DNA from: Oligoflexia bacterium | Lineage (GTDB): Bacteria > Bdellovibrionota > Bdellovibrionia > JABDDW01 | Assembly: GCA_023250675.1 (NCBI GenBank) | Contig: JAHFAE010000003.1 | Coordinates: 4,311-68,310 of the forward strand | Direction: 5' to 3' | DNA length: 64,000 nucleotides | Shown here: piece by piece, positions 47,440 to 57,920 of the stretch | Layout: every line of letters starts with the position of its first letter | Numbering within the stretch: the stretch's first letter is position 1 | Notes under the pieces: model-generated | What the model was told of the DNA's origin: nothing | The model's database searches: none | What the model saw: only the letters and a program-made list of their open reading frames with translations | Program-made: the position numbers and the translations under genes

Positions 47440-47976
47440 ATGGCTGCCAAAGGAAAAGAAAAGGGAGACAAGGATGGAGCTGTCGCAACAGCGAAGCCAA
47501 GCTTAAAAGAAAGACTCCCGAAGATTTTGCTCTTTGTTTTAGTTTTTCTAAATCTCATGTTGATGGTTGGAAGTGCCTACGTCATCTACGACGTGAAGAT
47601 TGCCTACAAGCGACCACCGATCACTGAAGAAACCGAATCTCATGCACTGGTCTTAGAGAGGGATTTGCGGGGTGATAAACCAGTTCTTTATAGCTTTGAG
47701 CCTTTTAATATTAATTTAGATGGTAAACCTCACAAAATGGTTCGAACCACCATTCAATTTGAAATGCTTTCTGAAGAGGGTTACGAGGAAGCCGTTAATC
47801 TTGTTCCTGTTGCTCGCGATCAAATTGTACAAATTTTTAATTCCAAAAAATATGAAGACATTGAGTCTATTCAAGGAAAACTTTTCTTAAAAGATCAAAT
47901 CCTCACTGCCATGAATTCGCTTTTTCACAAAGGGTTAGTGAAAGAAGTCTATTTCGGCGAGTTCGTGGTTCAATAA
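47440..47976 (+). CDS. fliL: Flagellar basal body-associated FliL family protein
   Basis: Single TM, FNINL, RDQI, GKLFLK, VYFGEFVVQ. Confidence 0.85.
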   Translation: MAAKGKEKGDKDGAVATAKPSLKERLPKILLFVLVFLNLMLMVGSAYVIYDVKIAYKRPPITEETESHALVLERDLRGDKPVLYSFEPFNINLDGKPHKMVRTTIQFEMLSEEGYEEAVNLVPVARDQIVQIFNSKKYEDIESIQGKLFLKDQILTAMNSLFHKGLVKEVYFGEFVVQ

Positions 47977-48161
47977 GGCCATCTCTAGTTCTTCCAATTT
48001 AATAATCATCAAAATCGACTTTCTGTGTTTCGTTCTGGGTGGCGACCATAATTGTCACTTAAGTTACAGGGGTGACAGGGGCGTCCATTAGGATCACCTA
48101 ATTTGCCTATGATCAGGTATCGGTTTTGCTTTCTCTTAAGAATAACCCTGGAGGCCTGAAA

Positions 48162-48881
48162 GTGAAGGCGACTCGTTTGAATGCCGCGTTTTCGGTTGTT
48201 TTTCTAATAGCAACGGCGAGCTATGGCCATATGTTATGTCAAGGGGCAAGGGCCCACGTGGCGGGGAAGTCACGATATAGTTTAGGTGGCAAGCAACTCT
48301 TAGTCTTAGAAGGTGTTCGAAAAGATACTGATCAAATCATTTTGCAAATGCATTCACTGCGTATTGGTGAAACTCCTAAAGAGTTCGACGGTGAAATCAG
48401 CGTCAAAGTGAAGATTTTTCGTCTTGATTTCTTGTCAGGTGATGAAAATAAAATTGGTGTAATTCCACTCGTTTTATTTAGTCGCTCAAAGAAAGCAATC
48501 GTTGAACTAGGCCCCTATACATACGCAGATACTGATCAAAATCGCTTCGTTCATTATTTTCTTCATAAAGAAACATCTTTGCCTCTAGATTCTTTGGTTC
48601 AAAATGAGGGCCGCGCCGTAGGATTTCAAGTTGAAATACTTGAAGTATTAAGTGACGGAAGAGAGCGACGTTTGAACAATTCTCTTCGCTACCTGGTTTT
48701 GCCTTTTGATTCTCAAAGGGTTTGTCATAAATCAACTCCTGCTGATACCATGGTCTTTGCCGGGGATCCCTTTGACTTTAATGTTCAAGAAGATAAGGAG
48801 GGGGGAACCTTTAGCGCTTCTTTTAACATTTTGGTTGCGCCCGGTGTCTCAGATCAGCATCAACATCATCATGTTCAATAA
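48162..48881 (+). CDS. Secreted hypothetical protein with His-rich C-terminus
   Basis: GGAGG before the GTG at 48162, signal peptide, ends DQHQHHHVQ. Confidence 0.55.
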   Translation: MKATRLNAAFSVVFLIATASYGHMLCQGARAHVAGKSRYSLGGKQLLVLEGVRKDTDQIILQMHSLRIGETPKEFDGEISVKVKIFRLDFLSGDENKIGVIPLVLFSRSKKAIVELGPYTYADTDQNRFVHYFLHKETSLPLDSLVQNEGRAVGFQVEILEVLSDGRERRLNNSLRYLVLPFDSQRVCHKSTPADTMVFAGDPFDFNVQEDKEGGTFSASFNILVAPGVSDQHQHHHVQ

Positions 48882-49027
48882 ATGCGCCTCGAGGAGTTGT
48901 TTTTTTGTTTTTCAATTCGCGGTAAATAATGTGCACCAATAATACGAATTTGAAGTTCTTTTGATTGGAAGTTGGTCGGCAGTCATCCAAAAGGAAACAC
49001 AGGTACGGAAAAAAAAGTTATGAACTT

Positions 49028-49414
49028 TTATCTCTGACAGGTTAACTCTTCAGAAGGTCGGCCAATAATATTGAGATAACCCCGACTTGCACCATTACCG
49101 ATTGTGACAGCTGTCAAACTTCCAACGACTTTAGGGCCATTTTCGCCATCAGGATTGACAAGTTGGAGAGAAGTGTGCGCTGCACCAACTGTGCCCACAG
49201 CTCTCAGGTAATTTGTGATTGTTCGTTTTCCACCCAGATTAGTCCTTCTTTGTATAACTACCCTGAAATTTTCAATGACGGCGCCGGACTGAGAAACGCT
49301 TACTTTGTAAAAAGGTGTATGTGTCACATCGATAGATTGGCAAGTCAGGACGGTTGATGCTGAGGCCTGGATCGTTGGCAACAGAGCAGCCAAAATTAAA
49401 ACTAAGATTTTCAT
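49028..49414 (-). CDS. Small secreted hypothetical protein (terminal Cys pair)
   Basis: Signal peptide MKILVLILAALL..ASA; LTC motif at both ends; AGGAG RBS. Confidence 0.7.
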   Translation of the reverse strand: MKILVLILAALLPTIQASASTVLTCQSIDVTHTPFYKVSVSQSGAVIENFRVVIQRRTNLGGKRTITNYLRAVGTVGAAHTSLQLVNPDGENGPKVVGSLTAVTIGNGASRGYLNIIGRPSEELTCQR

Positions 49415-49451
49415 ATTTTCTCCTATAAAATTAATTGCGAATTAAAGACCC

Positions 49452-49467
49452 AGCAACAGCTATACCA
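49452..49467 (-). promoter_or_regulatory. Putative sigma54 promoter
   Basis: Minus strand TGGTATAGCTGTTGCT (GG-N10-GC), about 40 bp upstream of the ATG. Confidence 0.55.
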
Positions 49468-49712
49468 GAAAATAAACGCATCAATACCAATGTAGTGATT
49501 TTGATGACTCACGAATGAATTTTTTTTATTCCCCTTGTACTATTTACTACGACTCAGCACGTTATAGCATATGGAATCCAGGAGGATCGGCGACAGATTT
49601 TTATAAGTTACTGAAGGGTCTAGTTTATTGGGTGTGGCCCCGGTTTTGATTTTTAAAAGCGACATTTCAGTCCAGAGATCATTTGATTATTTTGTCTAGA
49701 AAAAACAAAGAC

Positions 49713-50678
49713 CTATTGAGCCTTTGAAATATTCGGCGGTGAATAAATGTTGGGCCCCGAAATTCTAAAAGAATAAGAATTACCGGCCGTCGCATAAGAC
49801 GCTAAAAGCATCAAGTAGGTTCCTACTTGTTGCTTAAATGTATCGCCCACTGAAAGTTTAATTAAAAGATCATAGGCCCCGAGCCTGGATTGAACGTCTG
49901 TACCTACTTTTTCAAAGCGCATTTCAAAGCGACCAGTGGCGTTTAAAAATATATCACTACCGGGTTTGCCTATGGTCAATTTTGAAACTTGAATAGCCCC
50001 TTTATCAGCAAGTCCTTCTAAAACAATATCCTGAAGATTAATTCTTGGAATAGCCACAGGACCCATCATTGGTGTCATGATACTTGATTCACCTATCACC
50101 GCTTTTTCGGCGTGAAGCTCGATATTGCCTTGAGGTTGTTCAACCATATCTACGTCAAGCTGAGTATTAACATTGGCCGAAAGACTACCACTTATATTTA
50201 AAGGAAGTTGGGCGAATTTAGAAACTTCTAAAAGATTTAAACCCGAAATATCTAAATCTATTTTTTGCTTTCTCTTACCGGCTGGGTTTTTATCACCCCC
50301 TCTTGTCACCACATCAACTTCGCCTCCAAGAAGGCCCTCCGCATGAACACTCACTCCAGGTTTTAAAGAAAATAAACCCATAATGCTGGGCGAAGCCGTA
50401 AGATACTTCGCCGTAATTGCAGGGGTGAAAGGCGTTTCCACAATCACATTTGAAAGAGCAAGCCCAGGTTGGGGCACGAGATTAAATTGTAGAGTATCGA
50501 AATTGACAAATATCTGCCGAGCCGTCAATTCAGACACTTTTACGGCGACAAAATCTCCCATATCGTTAAGAGGAAAAAGCCAATATAAAAAAAATAAATA
50601 AAATAATAATAATGCTCCCAATTTTTTCTTATGAAATCGCAATAAACTAAAAATGGGCGAAAGAATATTTGAAATCAA
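49713..50678 (-). CDS. gspN: T2SS protein GspN
   Basis: N-terminal TM with YWLFP, beta-rich body, last gene of the gsp operon. Confidence 0.75.
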   Translation of the reverse strand: MISNILSPIFSLLRFHKKKLGALLLFYLFFLYWLFPLNDMGDFVAVKVSELTARQIFVNFDTLQFNLVPQPGLALSNVIVETPFTPAITAKYLTASPSIMGLFSLKPGVSVHAEGLLGGEVDVVTRGGDKNPAGKRKQKIDLDISGLNLLEVSKFAQLPLNISGSLSANVNTQLDVDMVEQPQGNIELHAEKAVIGESSIMTPMMGPVAIPRINLQDIVLEGLADKGAIQVSKLTIGKPGSDIFLNATGRFEMRFEKVGTDVQSRLGAYDLLIKLSVGDTFKQQVGTYLMLLASYATAGNSYSFRISGPNIYSPPNISKAQ

Positions 50679-51403
50679 ATCTCTTCACCTCGATTTGAAG
50701 GGATTGAAGGAGCTTGCCCTTTTGGAATACTTGGGGGGGGGGGAGGCAATTTAGATTTAACTGCGTCCAAAAGTCCTCCGCCAGGCAAAAGACTTTGGGC
50801 CGTCTTAGGCGCGAAATTGACGATCTTGTAATTCACATCATAGAAATGAGGATCGGTATTTTGAGCGATGAGTTCAAATCCAGATAATTTTAAACTAAAA
50901 TCTGCATGCTCGAGCTCAAAAGCTAAACTCACGGCCTGTTTAATTGTTAGTTTATGAATCTGATAAAAATATCCTCTTTGCTCTGCCCCCATTATATCTG
51001 AAGTGGGAATTTCACCTGAACTCTTCACTTGTTCAGGCTTTACAGACGCCGCAGCTATTTTTTGATCAAAAATAGCCTTCAGAGAACTGGGTGGCCCCGG
51101 AGTTAATACCGTTGGAGCCGCCGCCACATCACGAGTGATATGCAATAAATCTTTAAGTGCATATCTTTTTTCTTCAAATCGATCAGCCATCTCTGATGCA
51201 TCCATCATAGTAGTTGCAGGCCAATAGAGAATCAAAGTCGCGACGAAAAGAAAACCGGTCCACATGACGAGTTTTTGGCTTAAGGGTGGAAGTTCTTCAA
51301 ATCTTTCTTTTAGAGCAATAAACCAGGGGCTTTCTTGTTGCTCAGCCCAAGATGTTTTAAGCCTTTCTAAAAAACTCTCTAAAATGTTTTTTAAAAATTC
51401 CAT
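50675..51403 (-). CDS. gspM: T2SS protein GspM-like
   Basis: FEELPPLSQK followed by a single TM; lies between gspL and gspN. Confidence 0.6.
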   Translation of the reverse strand: MEFLKNILESFLERLKTSWAEQQESPWFIALKERFEELPPLSQKLVMWTGFLFVATLILYWPATTMMDASEMADRFEEKRYALKDLLHITRDVAAAPTVLTPGPPSSLKAIFDQKIAAASVKPEQVKSSGEIPTSDIMGAEQRGYFYQIHKLTIKQAVSLAFELEHADFSLKLSGFELIAQNTDPHFYDVNYKIVNFAPKTAQSLLPGGGLLDAVKSKLPPPPPSIPKGQAPSIPSNRGEEI

Positions 51404-53037
51404 TACTTTCCTCTTTTTTCCACAGGAGATATTCGGGACACATTCATATTCAATTGAAATGCAAATTTGCTAGGTGGTGGAATAAATGAAGGCTGCCCCC
51501 CCTTCACTTGACTAAAAAGAGGTGATTGCATAATACTCTTTTGCAAGAAATCATATTCGGCCTTGTTATTAACTAGACCTTCAAGCAAGAGATTATCGCC
51601 ATCTATATTAATATGTCTGACATCAACAGTCACTTGCCCGTTTTTCGGCGCAACGATTGACAGGGTTTTCATTATATCGAGAGCTGAACTCATTCGATTT
51701 AACCGTAAAACTTCTTTTCTACTCTGTAATTCTTCTTTTTTAGCACTAATGAACCTTTTCAGAGACTCTGTTTTGAGCTGACTTGTGGCGATATTAAGAA
51801 TCGGATTTTTTGCCTGTTCTTTGAGAGCTTTGTCTACCGCAGTGAGATCGTCTTCTAAAAACATGACCCGTAGGGGGCTGTAGACATAAAAAGCGATGAT
51901 AAGAGCTAAAGCTAATTTTGCGCCTCCATGATAATTTTCCCAAAACATCTTAAATTTTTGGCTGTTTTTTGAAAATTCGTTTTTTCTTAAATTTATAGCC
52001 GGGCTGCTGGGCTTTCTTAATCCCTCTAGGGCCAAGCCTGTAGCCACACTGCTGGCCTTATCGGTACTTTCGGTGTCTTGAAGAAAAGTTTTTGTGCTGA
52101 CACCCAGGTGATGAAAAACTTCAAAATGCAATTCAAGCGCGCTTGTGAGAAAGGGGCCCAGGTTGAGGAGGCGGCTCATTCCACCTGTGATATAACCTCT
52201 TGTGAACTCAACTTGAAATTCAGCCTTAAGATCGACCATGGTGCGTTTTAGATCAACAAGCAATGGATTTAGACTTTGCACGATGACATCACTAAAATTC
52301 TTTTGATTATCATCGACGCCATCCTGACTTGTTAGAACAAATCCTTTTTCAGCTACGCCCTTAAGAGCATCAAGGTAAGGAAGCTGGTAAGCTCTACTCA
52401 CACTTGACGCCATATCTTTACCGCCAAAGAAAAGGGCTCGGCTTGCAAGGAGGTTTCCGTATTGAATTACGTTAATTATCGTCTTGCTATAACCAATATG
52501 AATAATAAGTTCGGCACCGCCCGGAACCGTGGTTTCTAAGTTAACGCCCTCGAAGAGATTGGCCAGTGCAATTCCATCTAAACTTACTATGTCAGGATCA
52601 AGCCCTGCATCGTCGCAAAGCATCAATGTTTCTTGAACATATTTTTTGGGTACGGCAAATGCTAAGACTTGGGAGGCCGATTCTTTTTGATTAATAATTC
52701 TAAAATCAAAGATAGCTTCTTCTTGTGAAAAGGGAATGGCATCTTCTAATTCAAAGGGCAGACTCTGTAGAATTTTTCTTCGTTCTAAAAATGGAAATGT
52801 AAGTATACGCTGAGTGCCCGCTTCAGAACCTAATCCAACGACGATCCGATAAACCGAGGGGTCATATTGGGCGGCAATTCTTCTTAAGGCCTCTATCTTT
52901 TCTAGGCGAACGTCTTGGCCAAGCTCGTGGGTGAGTTCGATTTCGTAGAAATCTCGTAGGTTAACCGATTTAAGAGCGGTCTCCAGTTCAGCGACTTTAA
53001 TGCTGTAACTTCCAATGTCAATGCCGACGATGCGCAA
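51403..53037 (-). CDS. gspL: T2SS GspL (PilM actin-like plus PilN-like domains)
   Basis: GIDIGSYSIK, LPFELE, ITGG, TM, then a PilN-like domain. Confidence 0.8.
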   Translation of the reverse strand: MRIVGIDIGSYSIKVAELETALKSVNLRDFYEIELTHELGQDVRLEKIEALRRIAAQYDPSVYRIVVGLGSEAGTQRILTFPFLERRKILQSLPFELEDAIPFSQEEAIFDFRIINQKESASQVLAFAVPKKYVQETLMLCDDAGLDPDIVSLDGIALANLFEGVNLETTVPGGAELIIHIGYSKTIINVIQYGNLLASRALFFGGKDMASSVSRAYQLPYLDALKGVAEKGFVLTSQDGVDDNQKNFSDVIVQSLNPLLVDLKRTMVDLKAEFQVEFTRGYITGGMSRLLNLGPFLTSALELHFEVFHHLGVSTKTFLQDTESTDKASSVATGLALEGLRKPSSPAINLRKNEFSKNSQKFKMFWENYHGGAKLALALIIAFYVYSPLRVMFLEDDLTAVDKALKEQAKNPILNIATSQLKTESLKRFISAKKEELQSRKEVLRLNRMSSALDIMKTLSIVAPKNGQVTVDVRHINIDGDNLLLEGLVNNKAEYDFLQKSIMQSPLFSQVKGGQPSFIPPPSKFAFQLNMNVSRISPVEKRGK

Positions 53038-53052
53038 TGAAATTTCATCCTC

Positions 53053-54261
53053 TCAAAATTCCTGCCAAAAAATTATGTGCGGCGGTCCAGACGTCCCTGA
53101 TGTCTGAGCAGGTGCTGCATGAGCTGGCGACGGACTGGATGAAGCGGCCGCCCCCTGTTGTTGTTGTTGCTGAGCGCCCGCCTGACTTGCCGAAGCTAGT
53201 AATGTAGCAATCTGTCCCTTTACTTTATCAAAATCATAGACGATCGCAATGATTTCACGTTGTGCTTTCTTGTAGAATCCATTGGAAGTGATTCGAAAAT
53301 TATATTCTGCGTCAAATAGCAACGGAATTTCTGGATCTTTGTTAAATTTATCTGCACGAACCCCTTTGCTCTGAACAAAACTTAAAAATTCTCCTGCGTT
53401 TCCAAATGGACCTTGGTTGGGGTCATTTCGTTTTTCAATTACGGCAGCAGAAATTTCTTTGGTGATTTGGGGATCGATACTTCGAATTACTTCAGCTGAA
53501 GCTAAATTCACGTTAATGCCTTTGGTTCCGTAGACAGTAACTCGAGGAGAGAGAAGATTAAAAATTTCGTCGGTCACTCCTGCCACCATATGTAATTCTT
53601 CTAATGTTTTCATGGGTCGGTTTGGAGGTTTGATGGGAGGATCGGTGCGGGAGTAATATTGAGATTCAGATCCGCCATTGAAAGATTCAGAATCGTCGTC
53701 GATCCAGTCTGCGATATTGTTCACAATCTCTTGAGCTTTAAGGCCACGATTTTCTTTGGCCCACTCATCATCGGCTTCTAGTCTGTTTTGTAATATTTGG
53801 TTGAGTTGGACTGATACCGATTTTCTCAATTGCTCAGAAGGAGAGCCTAGATCGTTGAGATCAATTTTTGAACCTTCCCCTTCAATCTTCGTTGAAAATG
53901 TGCCGTCAATATAACTTTTATCGATAGCATCTTTGAGCTGTTCTTTATCCATGCTACTTATGTTGTCGTCGGGAATCATAGGTGGCCATGAAAAGGGGAG
54001 CTGCCAAATCACATCAAGGGCCGCTTTGTTATTTCCCAGCTGACCTCCAAATTTCTGCATCACCGATTTATAGACATGAATTCGAAGCAAACTGATTTGA
54101 ATTCCAGATTTGGCCAGATAGTAAGCTTTGAGTCGGTCTATTTGGGAGGCGCCAATTGCCAATTCTACTTGAGTATTGTAGCCAATTTCGGTTGCAAGAA
54201 AAATCATGATGGTGATGGCAAAAAGAGTTACTAGTAGCGCAATACCTTTTTGATTTTTCAC
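53053..54261 (-). CDS. gspK: T2SS minor pseudopilin GspK
   Basis: KG/IALLVTL, SKIDLN, DWIDDD, INVN.A. Confidence 0.88.
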   Translation of the reverse strand: MKNQKGIALLVTLFAITIMIFLATEIGYNTQVELAIGASQIDRLKAYYLAKSGIQISLLRIHVYKSVMQKFGGQLGNNKAALDVIWQLPFSWPPMIPDDNISSMDKEQLKDAIDKSYIDGTFSTKIEGEGSKIDLNDLGSPSEQLRKSVSVQLNQILQNRLEADDEWAKENRGLKAQEIVNNIADWIDDDSESFNGGSESQYYSRTDPPIKPPNRPMKTLEELHMVAGVTDEIFNLLSPRVTVYGTKGINVNLASAEVIRSIDPQITKEISAAVIEKRNDPNQGPFGNAGEFLSFVQSKGVRADKFNKDPEIPLLFDAEYNFRITSNGFYKKAQREIIAIVYDFDKVKGQIATLLASASQAGAQQQQQQGAAASSSPSPAHAAPAQTSGTSGPPHIIFWQEF

Positions 54262-55094
54262 TTTTGCCCTCCAAATGGTTGGGCACCCGGAGGACCATTG
54301 CCACTTTGGTAAGGTGGATCATTATTGGTCATGTGAATTGCCGCTAGTGTTGAGAGTTTGAGTTCTCGACCGTCTCGGGCAATAGCGAGACTTATTTCAA
54401 CAGCATCGGGAAATTTGTTACTCGTACGATCATCAAGAGCTCCTCCAGAACTCTTCCACGTCTCTACCCAATCTTTATTGTCCCCACCTAAATATCTAAA
54501 TTTTAATGACTGAACATACTCAAGGAGAACTGTTTCTTTTCCGCCTTTTGTCACGTCATCATCAAGGACTGTGGATTCTCGACGAATGAGTGCCTTCACG
54601 TTGTTTCTCTCTTTGCCTGCGGATCGAACATCTTTAATATAATACCCGATCTTTGCTTGATCACTTTCTTGGGCATTAACGGTGGTTCGAGAATGGCTTA
54701 GAGTTGTAAAATAAAGAGAGTCGGGCCCTCCTACAAATCCTGTGAGTTTTTCTGTGGGAATCGGGGGATCGCTATTTCTTTGAGCCGAACCTGAAAAGTT
54801 GGGAGGTGGTTTACCAGCGGCTTGAGCTTCTTGGATAAGTTTTTTCTTAATTTCATCATTGATATCTATCCAATGAAAAGCTGTGTTAATATCATGGGTC
54901 ATAATATTAAGTGCATCCCGAAGGCCTGCGTAGTCGTCTATTTGCACTTCAATTTTCTTTTTAAATTTAAGGCTTTTACTAATATTGACAGCGGTAAGTG
55001 TCGAAATGATGGCCAATATCAAAACGGCGATAAGGATTTCTAAAAGAGTAAATCCATTTTTAGAAACCAATAGGCAACTCCTTGGTGTAATCAA
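54258..55094 (-). CDS. gspJ: T2SS minor pseudopilin GspJ
   Basis: G/FTLLEIL prepilin motif, W...W, PDAVEI. Confidence 0.82.
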   Translation of the reverse strand: MITPRSCLLVSKNGFTLLEILIAVLILAIISTLTAVNISKSLKFKKKIEVQIDDYAGLRDALNIMTHDINTAFHWIDINDEIKKKLIQEAQAAGKPPPNFSGSAQRNSDPPIPTEKLTGFVGGPDSLYFTTLSHSRTTVNAQESDQAKIGYYIKDVRSAGKERNNVKALIRRESTVLDDDVTKGGKETVLLEYVQSLKFRYLGGDNKDWVETWKSSGGALDDRTSNKFPDAVEISLAIARDGRELKLSTLAAIHMTNNDPPYQSGNGPPGAQPFGGQK

Positions 55095-55560
55095 TATAAA
55101 TTGTACTTAAAGAATAAGACTTTTGCGTGTTGCCTTGCTTGTAAGTCACAACAATTGAAATTTCTCTTACAGCTTTTTCAAAAAAATCCGTCATTGTTTT
55201 TATAATTGTTGTGGTAACCTCTGATTGTTTGTCACCATTTGCAGCGGGCGGAATAATAGGCGGCAAAGTGAATGGGCGCATTTTGACTTCCCAGGTATAG
55301 CCCGGATAGTCGTCGCCAAAATCCCCTGATTTAAAATCTGAATCGGTTTCTATTTCTTCAACTTTCTTATTTTTTGTGCGGGCTTCAAATTCCACCATCT
55401 TTTTTTGTAGTAAAAGCGTAATGGTGCTAAAAAGTCTGCCTTTTCTAACGCCTGCCTGGCTACTGTTCCAGCTCTGGTATAAAACAATGCTTGTGCCTGC
55501 TAAAATTATAAGAGAAACTAAAACTTCAAGAAGGGTGAAGCCTTTCACATTTAGTTTCAT
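55060..55560 (-). CDS. gspI: T2SS minor pseudopilin GspI
   Basis: G/FTLLEV prepilin motif; operon position. Confidence 0.75.
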   Translation of the reverse strand: MKLNVKGFTLLEVLVSLIILAGTSIVLYQSWNSSQAGVRKGRLFSTITLLLQKKMVEFEARTKNKKVEEIETDSDFKSGDFGDDYPGYTWEVKMRPFTLPPIIPPAANGDKQSEVTTTIIKTMTDFFEKAVREISIVVTYKQGNTQKSYSLSTIYIDYTKELPIGF

Positions 55561-56156
55561 GGGTCCAAGTCCCTTAACTTAATATATTCTTGCGAAAGAT
55601 CCGTTTGGGCTGTAAGGGGATTGACCACAAGGGTCCAATGAAGGCTTTTGCCGTCTGTAATATGAATCGCTGCTTTTTGTACAAGACCTTGAGGAAAAAA
55701 GTGGATAAAGGCTTTGCCACTTACAAAGGGGTTTCTATAATTTTCAATTTCCACATCTTCAAAGCCTACACCGTTTGGAAGTTCTAAGGGATGTTTTAAT
55801 ATTTCTGAATCTTTAGAAAAATTTGAGGCCGGGGCTTTGTCGCCATGTTTGCCAAATGTACTTTGGACTTCGTCGGGATTTTCAACAAGTTCAGACGCGC
55901 CGCCACTTTCTACGGTGATATTGGGTTTAGTTTTTTTTTCTTTATCTCCAAAATCCACTACAAGCCTATAGGTTTTATTTTTGAGTCTTGCCATATGGTG
56001 AAGCTGGCGATTGAGAATGATAATGGTTCTTGTCTGTTTTCTAAGTTCGGTGCCCAAAGTGCGACCAAGTTTAGGAATGGCGACTGCCGTAACGAACGCA
56101 ATTATACCTAATGTGATCATGAGCTCTATGAGAGTAAAACCCCGATCACGGGTCAT
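55557..56156 (-). CDS. gspH: T2SS minor pseudopilin GspH
   Basis: G/FTLIEL, HFFPQG; follows gspG. Confidence 0.75.
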   Translation of the reverse strand: MTRDRGFTLIELMITLGIIAFVTAVAIPKLGRTLGTELRKQTRTIIILNRQLHHMARLKNKTYRLVVDFGDKEKKTKPNITVESGGASELVENPDEVQSTFGKHGDKAPASNFSKDSEILKHPLELPNGVGFEDVEIENYRNPFVSGKAFIHFFPQGLVQKAAIHITDGKSLHWTLVVNPLTAQTDLSQEYIKLRDLDP

Positions 56157-56164
56157 TTGATTTG

Positions 56165-56593
56165 CTATAGATCCTCGCTAGAAATATCGGCATTAAATCC
56201 CTCACCACCTTCTTGCCGGTCTGCTCCAAAAGATTTAATGACATAGTGAAGACCGTCACTGCAAGTGTATGCAAGAGGGTTATTCCATGGATCCTTTGGT
56301 ACGCGCTTCAAATAGCTTTCAGGACCCCAATTGGGGCAGGCACGGCCTGTAGGATTTTGAACTAAGGCATTAAGGCCCTGTTCAGAGGTTGGATAAAACC
56401 CGCAATCTGTATAAAATTGATCAAGGGCTTTGCCTGTTTCACTGATCAATATTTTTGCTTCATTGAATCGAGCTTTCTTCAAATTGCCAATAACTTTTGT
56501 AACTAGAACAGTACCGATGGTGCCTAAAATAACAAGCACGATCATGATCTCAATGAGGGTCATACCTTTTTGATTTTTAAATAGTTTTCCCAT
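56165..56593 (-). CDS. gspG: T2SS major pseudopilin GspG
   Basis: G/MTLIEIM, YPTSEQGL.AL, PKDPW, SFGAD..EGGEG. Confidence 0.93.
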   Translation of the reverse strand: MGKLFKNQKGMTLIEIMIVLVILGTIGTVLVTKVIGNLKKARFNEAKILISETGKALDQFYTDCGFYPTSEQGLNALVQNPTGRACPNWGPESYLKRVPKDPWNNPLAYTCSDGLHYVIKSFGADRQEGGEGFNADISSEDL

Positions 56594-56697
56594 TTGCTTA
56601 CCTCCGCCGAATTGAAACAACTATTCTCGCTTGAGTCGGGTTTTAGGTCAAGATTGGTTTGGATTTTTGCTGTATTGCATCAATTGGTGTTTTGGCA

Positions 56698-57918
56698 TTA
56701 CGACAAATTGGACATTTCAAATATGGGGACGAGAATTGCAAAAACAATAAAGCCAATAATGAGCCCCATCCCAACAATCATAATAGGTTCTAAGAGAGAC
56801 GTCAGACCTGAAATCGCATTATCAACTTGAAAATCATAGGCGTCAGAAACTTGGGTGAGCATGGGTTCTAATTCGCCGGTTTTTTCGCCAATGCTAATCA
56901 TATGGATGACGATGGGGGGGAATTCCCCTGATTTTTTTAGTGGTCCGGCGATACTTTCTCCTTCGCTCACATTATCTCGTGCGTTGGCGATCACCTTTTC
57001 AAAAACGGTGTTATCAACAACATTTTTGACAATATCAAAGGCGTTAAGCATAGGCACACCACCGGCAAGTAAAGTAGATAATGTCTTTGCAAACCGAGAA
57101 ACGGCAATCATACGGATAAGACGACCAAAAATCGGCAATTTCATTTTAATAATATCCCATTGCTGGCGTCCGCTATGGCTTGACTTCCATCTAAAAAAGA
57201 ATATTAAAGCAGACACCAAACCCACGGTGATTGAAATCCAATAATCAGCCACAAAATTACTTACTTTGATTAAGAAAGTTGTATACCAAGGTAAAGTCAT
57301 TTCAGTTTCGGCGAAAACTTGAGTGATCTTTGGAATGACAAACACAAATAAAACTATCATAACAATAAATCCAAACACACCCATTAACATCGGATACATC
57401 ATGGCTGAACGAACTTTATTTCTAAGAGAATTTTGCTTTTCAGTGAATTCGGCAAGACGTAACAAAATAATATCCAAAGTGCCTGAGGTCTCACCCGCCT
57501 CACACATAGACACGTAGATATTTTGGAAAATCTTTGGATATTTGCCAAGAGCCTTATGTAGACTGGACCCTTCATTGACCATCTGTTTTATATCACTTAT
57601 GGCCCCACGAAGAACCGTATTCTCAACTTGATCAACTAAAGCACCCAGGGCATCGACAAGGGGGATTTGTGCTTTCACTAACGTGGCAAACTGCCTGGTC
57701 ATCATTGATAGGTCTTGAGTGCTCACACCGCTTCCAATAGTAAAACTGGGGCCCGCTGCCTTCTTCTTAGCGGCCTGAGCTTTCTTGTCTTTAATGTCGA
57801 CTACGTAAATGCCGTCTCGTTTAAGTTTTGTTCGGGCTGTCTTAACATTATCTGACTCAAGAATGCCTTTGACGTTTTTTCCCGCAGCACTTAAGCCCTT
57901 ATACTCAAAAGTGGGCAT
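56698..57918 (-). CDS. gspF: T2SS inner-membrane platform protein GspF
   Basis: TRQFATL, AGETSGTL, AMMYP, GEKTGEL, LLEP. Confidence 0.93.
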   Translation of the reverse strand: MPTFEYKGLSAAGKNVKGILESDNVKTARTKLKRDGIYVVDIKDKKAQAAKKKAAGPSFTIGSGVSTQDLSMMTRQFATLVKAQIPLVDALGALVDQVENTVLRGAISDIKQMVNEGSSLHKALGKYPKIFQNIYVSMCEAGETSGTLDIILLRLAEFTEKQNSLRNKVRSAMMYPMLMGVFGFIVMIVLFVFVIPKITQVFAETEMTLPWYTTFLIKVSNFVADYWISITVGLVSALIFFFRWKSSHSGRQQWDIIKMKLPIFGRLIRMIAVSRFAKTLSTLLAGGVPMLNAFDIVKNVVDNTVFEKVIANARDNVSEGESIAGPLKKSGEFPPIVIHMISIGEKTGELEPMLTQVSDAYDFQVDNAISGLTSLLEPIMIVGMGLIIGFIVFAILVPIFEMSNLS

Positions 57919-57920
57919 AA

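Noticed and set aside
53155..53175. Short (TGT)n repeat in gspK
   Set aside because: It encodes an in-frame poly-Gln linker; a triplet repeat would not cause phase variation.
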